Source: an uncultured virus (IMG/VR IMGVR_UViG_3300022074_000023)
Lineage: Duplodnaviria > Heunggongvirae > Uroviricota > Caudoviricetes
DNA: 64,000 nucleotides
IMG/VR virus record: IMGVR_UViG_3300022074_000023
Direction: 5' to 3' (one strand)
Each line of letters begins with the position of its first letter. Positions within the stretch are counted from its first letter, which is position 1. Shown here one piece after another: positions 56,208 through 64,000 of this stretch. The notes under the pieces are model-generated. The model made no database searches. It saw nothing but the letters and a program-made list of their open reading frames with translations, and was not told the DNA's origin. A program made the position numbers and the translations under genes.

Positions 56208-56900
56208 ATGAAACTGATTGAAGGAAAAGTAAAGACTGTTTATTCTACAGAAAGTGCTGATCAGGTATTGATTGAATATCACGATAAAGTCACTGCAGGA
56301 AATGGTGAGAAAGAAGACTATCCTGTAGGTAAAGGATCTTTATGTTGCCAGATAGCATCAATTTTATTTGAAAAGTTGCAGGAACTTGGTGTTCGCAATC
56401 ACTACATTAGGCAGATTGGTCCTAATAAAATGTTATGTAAAAAAGTTGATATTATCCCTTTGGAAGTAATCTGTAGAAATAGAGCAGCAGGTTCCATTGT
56501 TAGGACTACAACTATCACTGAAGGTCAACCAATTATTCCTGCAATTGTTGAGTTTTTCTTGAAAGATGATTCAAAGCATGATCCTCTTCTTACCAGGGAT
56601 AGGGTAAGACTGATGGGTATTGATCCTACTCCTCTTGTAGAACAGGCATCAATGATAAACGAATATCTTTTGAACATCTTTAACATGATGGGATATGATC
56701 TTGTAGATTTTAAGATTGAGTTTGGTATTGATAATCATGGTGATTTATTTCTAGCTGATGAAATTTCACCAGACTCAATGAGATTGTGGGATAAAGTCAA
56801 TCGAGATAGATTTGATAAAGACTTGTTTAGGAATGATGAAGGTGATATTGTTCCAGCATATCAAAAGATATTGAACTCATTGCAACGTCGATTCGTTTAA
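56208..56900 (+). CDS. purC: SAICAR synthetase
   Basis: EGKVKTVY, IPLEVICRNRAAGS, LVDFKIEFG, LADEISPDSMRLWD, DKDLFR. Confidence 0.95.
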   Translation: MKLIEGKVKTVYSTESADQVLIEYHDKVTAGNGEKEDYPVGKGSLCCQIASILFEKLQELGVRNHYIRQIGPNKMLCKKVDIIPLEVICRNRAAGSIVRTTTITEGQPIIPAIVEFFLKDDSKHDPLLTRDRVRLMGIDPTPLVEQASMINEYLLNIFNMMGYDLVDFKIEFGIDNHGDLFLADEISPDSMRLWDKVNRDRFDKDLFRNDEGDIVPAYQKILNSLQRRFV

Positions 56901-56917
56901 TTATACATACTACAAAG

Positions 56918-57085
56918 ATGGAAATTTACACCGTGGAACAGTGGCAAGAGAACTGGGAAGAACTGATGGAAAGAGTTGAGAAGGGAGAACATATTGGTGT
57001 GACAAACGGAAAAAATACTGCTATAATGATGCCTGCGGATGATGAACTCATACGCATGTACAGAGACCACGAAGAAGGTTCCTGA
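56918..57085 (+). CDS. Small protein (55 aa) resembling a Phd/YefM antitoxin N-terminal domain
   Basis: TVEQWQENWEELMERVEKGEHIGVTNGKNTAIMMP; stop abuts tRNA. Confidence 0.5.
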   Translation: MEIYTVEQWQENWEELMERVEKGEHIGVTNGKNTAIMMPADDELIRMYRDHEEGS

Positions 57086-57160
57086 GGGATTGTCGCCTAT
57101 CGGTTAAGGCCCACTGCTTATAACGGTGTGAACTGGGTTCAACTCCCAGCAGTCCTACCA
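57086..57160 (+). tRNA. tRNA-Ile(TAT) with encoded CCA
   Basis: Acceptor GGGATTG/CAGTCCT + ACCA; anticodon arm CACTG-CTTATAA-CGGTG. Confidence 0.85.
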
Positions 57161-57233
57161 GCAGGTTTAGCAATCTGGTGAATGCAGCAAACTCATAATT
57201 TGCCTAAGGTGAGTTCGATCCTCACAACCTGCA
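57161..57233 (+). tRNA. tRNA-Met(CAT), elongator type (Ile2 not excluded)
   Basis: Acceptor GCAGGTT/AACCTGC; anticodon arm GCAAA-CTCATAA-TTTGC. Confidence 0.85.
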
Positions 57234-57234
57234 C

Positions 57235-57263
57235 TTGACGGTCCGCCGTCATTCCCTTATAAT
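57235..57263 (+). promoter_or_regulatory. Sigma70 promoter TTGACG-N17-TATAAT with overlapping hairpin
   Basis: 17-nt spacing; TGACGG/CCGTCA stem. Confidence 0.75.
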
Positions 57264-57285
57264 ACTAAGGTCAACATTCAAAACA

Positions 57286-57504
57286 ATGACACTTACAGAC
57301 AAATTCAAGAAAGACATTCAAACCCTTCGTGGTGCAGCAAATGGTGAACTGTTCCTTGATGTAAAGAATCCGAAACTTTTCAAAAAGGTTCGTCGTTATT
57401 ATGAAAATGAAGGTGTAGTATTCTCTGGTGATCCTCTTGATGATTATGAAATTTTGATGGAATATCTTTATAATGATCTTGAAACAGTTGAAGTAAGTTC
57501 ATGA
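57286..57504 (+). CDS. Conserved hypothetical protein
   Basis: LDVKNPKLFKKVRRYYENEGVVFSGDPLDDY. Confidence 0.7.
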   Translation: MTLTDKFKKDIQTLRGAANGELFLDVKNPKLFKKVRRYYENEGVVFSGDPLDDYEILMEYLYNDLETVEVSS

Positions 57505-57755
57505 ATGTTGTAAAAAAACCAACCGTTCTTCTTGAGCGGTTTCCCTATCGTTATATTCAAGTTGGCAAACTGGAAATCAACGGTATGCCAGACTGTCGCA
57601 TTCAAAAGGCGGATTCTTATACGGGTCATTATAAGGATATGTATCTTTGTGATAATGAAATGCAGTTACTAACTGCTATGGAAGATCATGATTATACCTG
57701 TTGGTTAGATCCAGATGGTGTTCCTTGTTATGTAAAAGATGTCGTATCAAAATAA
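57501..57755 (+). CDS. Conserved hypothetical protein
   Basis: LLERFPYRYIQVG...CDNEMQLLTAMED...WLDPDGVP. Confidence 0.7.
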   Translation: MNVVKKPTVLLERFPYRYIQVGKLEINGMPDCRIQKADSYTGHYKDMYLCDNEMQLLTAMEDHDYTCWLDPDGVPCYVKDVVSK

Positions 57756-58317
57756 AGATCATATCTATGTAAAAGAAAAAGCTGTTGATAGTTCATTCTG
57801 TGATATTGCTATTGATTGGCTTGATAATAATCCACTATGGACTAATCCAAGTGGATTTTACATTGGATATACGCATCACATTCAGGATACTCAATTTCGA
57901 TTTATTTTAGATATTGTTCATAAAAATTTTATAACCTATCGGGATGAATGCCATCCTTTTCTACAGAAAATGTATTGTGGGTGGGGAATGGAAAGTACTT
58001 TTAATTTGCAAAAGTATAAACCAGGACAATCATATAATGCTGAGCACATGGAGCATGGAAATGATGAATTAAGTTGTCTTAGAGTTCTTGGGTGGATGGT
58101 TTATCTAAATGATGTCAATGACGGTGGAGAAACATACTGGCCTCAGCAGAAATTTAAAAAATCTGCCAGAAAGGGTGATCTTTTAATTTGGCCTGCTGGT
58201 TGGACACACAGTCATTATGGTATTGTATCTAATACACAATACAAATATATTCTTACTGGATGGTATTCTTATCATACTTTAATATCTGATGAAGAAAGGC
58301 GTGAGATGAACTTCTAA
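57739..58317 (+). CDS. 2OG-Fe(II) oxygenase (prolyl-hydroxylase-like)
   Basis: HME, WMVYLNDVNDGGET, IWPAGWTHSHYG, KYILTGW. Confidence 0.85.
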   Translation: MSYQNKDHIYVKEKAVDSSFCDIAIDWLDNNPLWTNPSGFYIGYTHHIQDTQFRFILDIVHKNFITYRDECHPFLQKMYCGWGMESTFNLQKYKPGQSYNAEHMEHGNDELSCLRVLGWMVYLNDVNDGGETYWPQQKFKKSARKGDLLIWPAGWTHSHYGIVSNTQYKYILTGWYSYHTLISDEERREMNF

Positions 58318-58329
58318 TGGAAGGTGAAG

Positions 58330-58639
58330 CAGTCCCGGAGTGACTATAAACCTGCCCTGGTCGGGACCCCTTATCTAATTACTATGATTAATTTTGATGA
58401 CATGGAACTCATGCAACTTCAATTTTGCATGAGTCAAACAAAGAAGATGATGAGTTCTCCTGGTGAATATCGTCGCCATGAATCTATCACTCAAAAGGTG
58501 GAAGAGGAAATGCAGAGACGAACTGAAGAAACAGGAGCATATACCCGTGAAGGTGTATTGCGCCAACTTCAGAAGGACATTGAAGACCTTCAGTCACGGA
58601 TGGACTAAAACAGTACTGGTGGAGTCATAAGACCCCTTA
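58330..58639 (+). repeat. Two imperfect direct repeats (58330-58373, 58591-58639) with conserved small stem-loop
   Basis: CAGTC(C/A)CGGAnnGACTA(T)AAAC...CTGGT(C)GG...GACCCCTTA. Confidence 0.7.
58384..58608 (+). CDS. Hypothetical protein between the two repeats
   Basis: 74 aa; stop lies within second repeat. Confidence 0.55.
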   Translation: MINFDDMELMQLQFCMSQTKKMMSSPGEYRRHESITQKVEEEMQRRTEETGAYTREGVLRQLQKDIEDLQSRMD

Positions 58640-58677
58640 AAACTAAATACATACAAAATACTAAATGGATTGATACC

Positions 58678-58881
58678 ATGGCAACTAAAGGAACTGCAGC
58701 AAAATCAGCATCTGGCGCAGCTATGTCCAAATACGATGTTGAAGTTGAGGGAAGACTTAAAGCACTTGAAGCACAAGCACATTCAAAATGTGATGGCGGT
58801 GGAGACACTGCTCGTCTTGCTGCTTTAGAAGCAAAAGTTGATGATCTCATTGGCAGACTTAGTAAGCAAATGGATTTTTGA
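58678..58881 (+). CDS. Small hypothetical late protein
   Basis: MATKGTAAKSASGAAMSKYDVEVEGRLKALEA; CTAAATA upstream. Confidence 0.65.
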   Translation: MATKGTAAKSASGAAMSKYDVEVEGRLKALEAQAHSKCDGGGDTARLAALEAKVDDLIGRLSKQMDF

Positions 58882-58975
58882 GGTTTCTTGCTTTATCCCA
58901 AAAGCAAGTGGTGCGGATGGAGGTAACACTCCCGCCCTGTTTCTTGCTTCAGGTTAAAGAGCAAGTGGCGTGCAT
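58881..58975 (+). ncRNA. Structured RNA, probably the cyanophage wcaG RNA motif
   Basis: Two GTTTCTTGCTT...AGCAAG-TGGYG units around a central hairpin, upstream of a WcaG-type epimerase; family assignment from recall, not searched. Confidence 0.55.
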
Positions 58976-58987
58976 GAAAGACCTTTG

Positions 58988-59023
58988 AGGATGGTTGCAT
59001 AAACCGTCCTTTTTTTGTATAAT
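58988..59023 (+). terminator. Terminator overlapping promoter TTGCAT-N17-TATAAT
   Basis: AGGATGGTT/AACCGTCCT + T6; -35 at 58995, -10 at 59018. Confidence 0.75.
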
Positions 59024-59045
59024 ACATACTATACACAATAATTTT

Positions 59046-60101
59046 ATGAATGAATTTCCTATGGAGGTTAAAACAGCATTAGTTTTAGGTGCTGGTGGAT
59101 TTATTGGAAGTCACATGGTAAAAAGACTTCGTGAAGAAGGATACTGGGTGCGTGGAGTAGATCTTAAAGATACTGAATTTTCACCCACAGAAGCAAATGA
59201 ATTTGTAACGGGAGATCTTCGTGATGTAGATTTTGTACGTCGTGTCCTTAAATTTAAAGGATACGTAGGAAACTTTTACGCATCTGTACCCGAAGAATAC
59301 ATAAGACCTTTTGATGAGATTTATCAGTTTGCTGCTGATATGGGTGGTGCAGGTTTTGTTTTCACGGGTGATAATGATGCAGAGATCATGCATAATTCTG
59401 CTGCCATTAATCTAAACGTGCTAGAATGTCAGCGTAATATGAATGATGAGAAGGATGTAAATAATACCAAGATTTTCTATTCCAGTTCTGCTTGTATATA
59501 CCCAGAGCACAATCAACTTGATCCCAATAATCCAGACTGTCGTGAAGAATCAGCATACCCAGCAAACCCAGACTCCGAATATGGATGGGAAAAACTCTTT
59601 AGCGAAAGACTTTACCTTTCTTATAACAGGAATCACAGTATTCCTGTTCGTATTGCTCGCTATCACAACATTTTTGGTCCAGAAGGAACCTGGGAAGGTG
59701 GAAGAGAGAAAGCGCCAGCTGCAATCTGCCGTAAGGTCTCTTACCTCCCGGAGCAGGGTGGAGCAATCGAGGTGTGGGGAGATGGCTTACAGACTCGTTC
59801 CTTCTTGTTCATTGACGAATGCATTGAAGCAACTCGACGGTTGATGGATAGTGACTTTATTGGTCCTGTTAATATTGGTTCCGAAGAAATGGTTACGATC
59901 AATGAATTAGTTGATACTGTTGCTAAAGTATCTGGTAAGACTGTTCATAAAATAAACATTGATGGTCCGACTGGAGTTCGTGGTCGCAACTCTAACAATG
60001 ACCTTATTCGCGAAGAACTTGGATGGGATTATTTCACAACCCTTGAAGAGGGTATCAGTAAAACTTACAAGTGGATTAATGATCAAATTAGTAATTCTTG
60101 A
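59046..60101 (+). CDS. NAD-dependent epimerase (GDP-mannose 3,5-epimerase-like SDR)
   Basis: GAGGFIG, AADMGGAG, SSSACIYP, YGWEK, GGREKAPAAICRK, GVRGRNS. Confidence 0.9.
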   Translation: MNEFPMEVKTALVLGAGGFIGSHMVKRLREEGYWVRGVDLKDTEFSPTEANEFVTGDLRDVDFVRRVLKFKGYVGNFYASVPEEYIRPFDEIYQFAADMGGAGFVFTGDNDAEIMHNSAAINLNVLECQRNMNDEKDVNNTKIFYSSSACIYPEHNQLDPNNPDCREESAYPANPDSEYGWEKLFSERLYLSYNRNHSIPVRIARYHNIFGPEGTWEGGREKAPAAICRKVSYLPEQGGAIEVWGDGLQTRSFLFIDECIEATRRLMDSDFIGPVNIGSEEMVTINELVDTVAKVSGKTVHKINIDGPTGVRGRNSNNDLIREELGWDYFTTLEEGISKTYKWINDQISNS

Positions 60102-60615
60102 TGTAGATGGTGTTATGACCGATGGGGTCAAATACTATGATAGGGAAGGAACAGTAAAACTTAAAACTTTTTGTGATAAGGATTGGACAGCAATTAAAAG
60201 ATTTCGTGCCATCGGTGTAGATATTGTATTTCTTACAGGTGATCCTTACAATGTAAGTATCTTAGAAAATAGAAATCTTCATGTGATTGCAAATCGTGGA
60301 TCTGGTTTCCACAGTGATAAGAAAAATTATCTTGATGAAATACTTGAGCAGTATAATTGTAGTGTGAAAGAAACTGCTTATGTTGGTGATGATCTTTTTG
60401 ATATTGGTATCATGGAGAGGATCAAGTATTCATATTGTCCAAGAAATGCCCCCAGAGTGGTAAGAGAAAAATCAAACATTTTATCTGCAGAAGGCGGCAA
60501 CAATCTTATCATGCATCTCTTTGATACACTTGAACTGAAAGGACTTATTCCCTTTGTCCCATATGATGAAGTTATCGATAAAATTTACGAACTTGATTTG
60601 AAGGAAAAGTTTTAA
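60079..60615 (+). CDS. HAD phosphatase, KdsC (KDO8P phosphatase)-like
   Basis: LDVDGVMTDG, LTG, K, YVGDDLFD. Confidence 0.85.
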   Translation: MIKLVILDVDGVMTDGVKYYDREGTVKLKTFCDKDWTAIKRFRAIGVDIVFLTGDPYNVSILENRNLHVIANRGSGFHSDKKNYLDEILEQYNCSVKETAYVGDDLFDIGIMERIKYSYCPRNAPRVVREKSNILSAEGGNNLIMHLFDTLELKGLIPFVPYDEVIDKIYELDLKEKF

Positions 60616-61286
60616 TGAAAGATATTTCACTTTATGGGCATTTGACAATCGATACTATTCTTGATGGGGATGGTGAGAGAAAGACATTAGGTTCAATGGC
60701 AAATGTATGGAAGGCACTTCTCGAAGTTGATGCATCACTTGATATTGGTTTATCGCCAATTGATGTAGGTCAAGCACTTATCTATGTTGATAAACCTGCC
60801 GCACAAAGATATTCAAAAGTCAATCTAAGTTTGGTTCAACATAAGGCAAAGATCATTGAGTCAAAGATTCATCATCTTATCTACCTTAATGAAATGACCC
60901 GTCATGATTTCATTCCTGCACTGGATGGAATTATCACTGCTGATATCTGCCCAGGAAAATCTGTCAAGAAAGATCTTCTTCAGTATGTTGATTATCTTTT
61001 CATCTCTGATGAAGACATTGATGGCGATCTTTCTGAGTATGCAGAAGCAACCAAAGGTTGGGTAATCCTTCATAGTTCATCTGGTAGTATAGTGACCAAT
61101 GGTCAGGAAGAATTCTTCTATAAAATGCCTGACGAATTGATGCTTACAGATGTAAATGTTCTTGGTGCAGGTGATACATTTGCCTCCTGCTTCTTGCATA
61201 AATTATTAAAGAATGTAGGTAATATCCGCGACTGGATTGAATTTTCACATTTAAAGACGACTGAAATTATTAGGAATTCTATATGA
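60615..61286 (+). CDS. PfkB/ribokinase-family sugar kinase
   Basis: GHLTIDTI; NVLGAGDTFAS. Confidence 0.75.
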   Translation: MKDISLYGHLTIDTILDGDGERKTLGSMANVWKALLEVDASLDIGLSPIDVGQALIYVDKPAAQRYSKVNLSLVQHKAKIIESKIHHLIYLNEMTRHDFIPALDGIITADICPGKSVKKDLLQYVDYLFISDEDIDGDLSEYAEATKGWVILHSSSGSIVTNGQEEFFYKMPDELMLTDVNVLGAGDTFASCFLHKLLKNVGNIRDWIEFSHLKTTEIIRNSI

Positions 61287-62440
61287 AACCAAATATCCTT
61301 GTCCCGATGGCAGGACTTGGGAGCCGCTTCATTAAAGAAGGGTTCAAAGTTCCCAAGCAATTAATTAATATCAAAGACAAACATCTGATTGATATCTCTC
61401 TAGACTGTTTAGATTATGAGGGATGTAATCTTATTTTTGTTGTTAGGGATGAAACTGTCTATAACTTTCATATGGATGAACTTCTCCGCAAGAAGTTTGG
61501 CGATGACATTAAAGTTGTAATCCTTGATAAACTTACTGAAGGGTCAGTTTGTAGTTGTCTATTTGCGGAAGAGTATATTGATAACGATGCACCTTTGATT
61601 ATCCATACCTTGGATATTGAATTTGAACCTAAGTTTGATCCCCATCTAATGAATAAATTGAATGGAGATGGACTTCTTCTTACTTTTAAATCAAATTCAT
61701 CAAACTATAGTTATGCTAAGGTTGATAAGAATGGGTTTGTGACCCAGACCGCTGAGAAGAAAGCAATTAGTAATGATGCTTGTGTGGGTATCTACGGGTT
61801 TAAAAAGGGTTCAGACTTTTGCAAATATGCTCGCAATATGATCAAACGTGATCTTAGAACTAATAATGAGTTCTATATCTCACCATTGTACAATCTTCTT
61901 ATTGAAGATGGTAAAAAGATCCGCACTGAAGATGTGGATAAGATGCATGTTTTTGGTACGCCTGATGAGTTTCACTTTTACAAAGACAACGTTACTCGTC
62001 GTTTGGGTGATAAACCTATTGCCATTTGTTCTGATCATTCTGGGTTTGATGCGAAAGAAACCTTCAAAAAAGTCTTAGAAGATAACGGATACGAATATAT
62101 CGACTTTGGCACTATTCTTAATAAAGATTGTGACTATAGAGATTACATTGCACAAGCAGTGAAGTCTATTGGTGAACGTGATTGTGATTATGGTTTTGGG
62201 TTCTGCCGCACAGGTCAAGGAGTCAATATCTGTGCTAACAAATACAAAGGCATTCGTTCAGCATTAATTTACGATACATTTTCAATGCAGATGGCCATCC
62301 GCCACAACTGTGCAAACTTCTTTGCCATTCCCTCTAGGGGAATTGATTATGCAACATTAGATAAGTATCTTTATCTCTGTGCAAATCATACGTTTGATGG
62401 TGGTCGTCACCAGATTCGTATTCAGGAGTTGGAAAAGTGA
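61283..62440 (+). CDS. Sugar nucleotidyltransferase fused to RpiB/LacAB sugar-phosphate isomerase
   Basis: PMAGLGSRF..PKQL, NNEFYISP, FGTP; C-terminal SDHSGF, IDFG, CRTGQG, ANK..GIRSA, HNCAN, FDGGRH. Confidence 0.85.
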   Translation: MKPNILVPMAGLGSRFIKEGFKVPKQLINIKDKHLIDISLDCLDYEGCNLIFVVRDETVYNFHMDELLRKKFGDDIKVVILDKLTEGSVCSCLFAEEYIDNDAPLIIHTLDIEFEPKFDPHLMNKLNGDGLLLTFKSNSSNYSYAKVDKNGFVTQTAEKKAISNDACVGIYGFKKGSDFCKYARNMIKRDLRTNNEFYISPLYNLLIEDGKKIRTEDVDKMHVFGTPDEFHFYKDNVTRRLGDKPIAICSDHSGFDAKETFKKVLEDNGYEYIDFGTILNKDCDYRDYIAQAVKSIGERDCDYGFGFCRTGQGVNICANKYKGIRSALIYDTFSMQMAIRHNCANFFAIPSRGIDYATLDKYLYLCANHTFDGGRHQIRIQELEK

Positions 62441-62757
62441 AACAAGCAAATATTGCTGACTTCAAAGCAGGATGGTTTGTGGGAGACTTTGAACCATCTA
62501 TCTTTAAAAATCCATTCTTTGAAGTAGCACATCATAAGCACAAAAAAGGATGTGAAACATTTCCACATACACATAAGGTCACTAATGAACTGAACTATAT
62601 TGTCAGTGGTGAATTGAAAGTTAATGGCAAGATTATGAGTGAAGGTGATATGTGGATATACGAACCGAATGAAGTTTCTGATGTTGAGTTTCTTGCAGAT
62701 TCGGAACTTATTATAGTAAGATGGCCATCTATTCCTTCGGATAAGTATTTGGTATGA
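62437..62757 (+). CDS. Cupin-domain protein
   Basis: GWFVGDFEP, HTHKVTNE, PSIPSDKY. Confidence 0.7.
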   Translation: MKQANIADFKAGWFVGDFEPSIFKNPFFEVAHHKHKKGCETFPHTHKVTNELNYIVSGELKVNGKIMSEGDMWIYEPNEVSDVEFLADSELIIVRWPSIPSDKYLV

Positions 62758-63227
62758 AATTTATTGCACATCGGGGTAATATTGATGGACCCAACTTTGA
62801 AGAGGAAAACCAATTAGAGTATATTGAAAGAGCAATAGAAAAAGGTTTTGATGCTGAAATCGACATTTGGTATTTGCCACAAGCAGATCAACTTTATCTT
62901 GGGCATGACAAACCACAATACCTAGTCTCTTGGTTTTGGTTAGCAAAACACGTTGATAAATTATGGATTCACTGTAAGAACATTGATGCCTTGCATAAAT
63001 TTGCTAACACAGGTGGATATAATTACTTCTGGCATGACACGGATAAATATACATTAACAAGTAAGAATTATATCTGGACGTATCCTGGTCAACCATATAC
63101 ACCTAAGTCTGTAATGGTCATGCCAGAAAATATGAAAGTATTTCCTGAGTTTAAAACTGAGTTTTCTGATATGAAAGCATATAATTGTTATGGTATTTGT
63201 AGTGATTATGTTGGGGAGATGAAATGA
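62754..63227 (+). CDS. GDPD/PLC-like phosphodiesterase-fold protein
   Basis: IAHRGN, EEN, EIDIW, LGHD, IHCKN, GICSDY. Confidence 0.75.
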   Translation: MKFIAHRGNIDGPNFEEENQLEYIERAIEKGFDAEIDIWYLPQADQLYLGHDKPQYLVSWFWLAKHVDKLWIHCKNIDALHKFANTGGYNYFWHDTDKYTLTSKNYIWTYPGQPYTPKSVMVMPENMKVFPEFKTEFSDMKAYNCYGICSDYVGEMK

Positions 63228-63850
63228 CATCAACTATTGCACCATCATTTGGTGAACTGAAGAAGTATGATAAAATTAATGTTATTGATGTTGGTGCTGC
63301 GAGAGCATCTTTTCTTGTAGAATTAGAAAAATATTTTGATCTTGGAGATGTTTATGCTGTTGGCATTGATCCTTTTGATCATGGTGTGAAAGATCATTAT
63401 GATAAATTCTATCAAGCATGTATTGATGATGTAAAAGAACCTGTTGAGATGGATTTCTATATGAATGCCATCGACGATCAGGCAAGTTCTCTTTGTGTCC
63501 CTGCGAAAGATAAAAAGAATGCATTTAGAGAACCAATCAAAGTTCAAGTTTTAAATCTAAATGACATCATTGAAGATAATATTCCGGAAGGAACGATTCA
63601 TTTTTTAAAGATTGATGCAGAGGGAAAAGATCTTCATATTGTTAAGTCACTACGGAAAGATGTGCTTAATAGGATTAAGTATATTGCAGTAGAATGTCCG
63701 ATGACTAAACCAAGACTTGAGGGTGAAGTTGTTAAAGAAAAGTGTATCGAATACTTTCAATCAATTAACTTTGAAGTATTCTACTTTCATGATACTGATA
63801 ATGGTAGTGATGTAAGTGACGTTGTATTTGTCAACGAGGTAGATCTATGA
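63224..63850 (+). CDS. FkbM-family methyltransferase
   Basis: IDVGAA, SSL, FLKIDAEGKD. Confidence 0.75.
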   Translation: MTSTIAPSFGELKKYDKINVIDVGAARASFLVELEKYFDLGDVYAVGIDPFDHGVKDHYDKFYQACIDDVKEPVEMDFYMNAIDDQASSLCVPAKDKKNAFREPIKVQVLNLNDIIEDNIPEGTIHFLKIDAEGKDLHIVKSLRKDVLNRIKYIAVECPMTKPRLEGEVVKEKCIEYFQSINFEVFYFHDTDNGSDVSDVVFVNEVDL

Positions 63851-64000
63851 AGGTAGCATTGTGCTTGTCTGGTCAACCTAGAGTTGTTGATACTGGATTT
63901 CATAAAATTAAACAATCTATTCTTGACGGAAATGATGTTGATATTTTCATTCATACTTGGTTTGATTCTGATAATTTAAGTACAAACTCTGTCATACCTG
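63847..64000 (+). CDS. 3'-truncated glycan-cluster protein
   Basis: MKVALCLSGQPR...DIFIHTW; ATGA overlap; runs off window. Confidence 0.6.
   Translation, partial: MKVALCLSGQPRVVDTGFHKIKQSILDGNDVDIFIHTWFDSDNLSTNSVIP

Noticed and set aside
58324..58383. Upstream extension of the 58384 ORF in the ORF track
   Set aside because: Runs through a structured repeat; ATG at 58384 is more plausible
1..64000. CRISPR array, integrase, transposase, reverse transcriptase, rRNA
   Set aside because: No regularly spaced repeat-spacer array or diagnostic motifs found by eye; the repeats seen have only 2-3 copies with gene-sized spacers

Overview
A 64-kb segment of a T4-like cyanomyovirus (Kyanoviridae-type) genome, with all credible genes on the + strand. 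In order: end of a tail-fibre gene with an S74 chaperone domain; morphogenesis core (gp17, gp18, gp19, gp20, gp21, gp22, gp23, gp3); recombination, transcription and replication core (uvsY, uvsW, gp55, gp47, gp46, VWA/peptidase + cobS, gp45, denV-like, gp44, dam, gp62, regA, hsp20, gp43, uvsX, gp41, mazG); late virion-type genes including the cyanophage 'cytidyltransferase'; gp61, nrdA, nrdB; a tRNA-rich accessory region (purC, mannose-6-P isomerase cupin, many small membrane proteins, structured non-coding elements); and the start of a sugar-nucleotide cluster. Seven tRNAs and seven 2OG-Fe(II) oxygenase-like genes are present. Best leads: (i) a cassette-like array after regA, with each cargo gene bounded by a copy of the regA 3' end; (ii) a dispersed set of pseudoknot/hairpin RNAs with complementary UGGYG and CACCA motifs; (iii) a ROSE-like thermometer on hsp20; (iv) a T4 capsid-targeting-like N-terminus on the nucleotidyltransferase; (v) CDSs whose stop codons lie inside tRNAs. 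All calls come from manual motif reading; no searches or folding programs were run.
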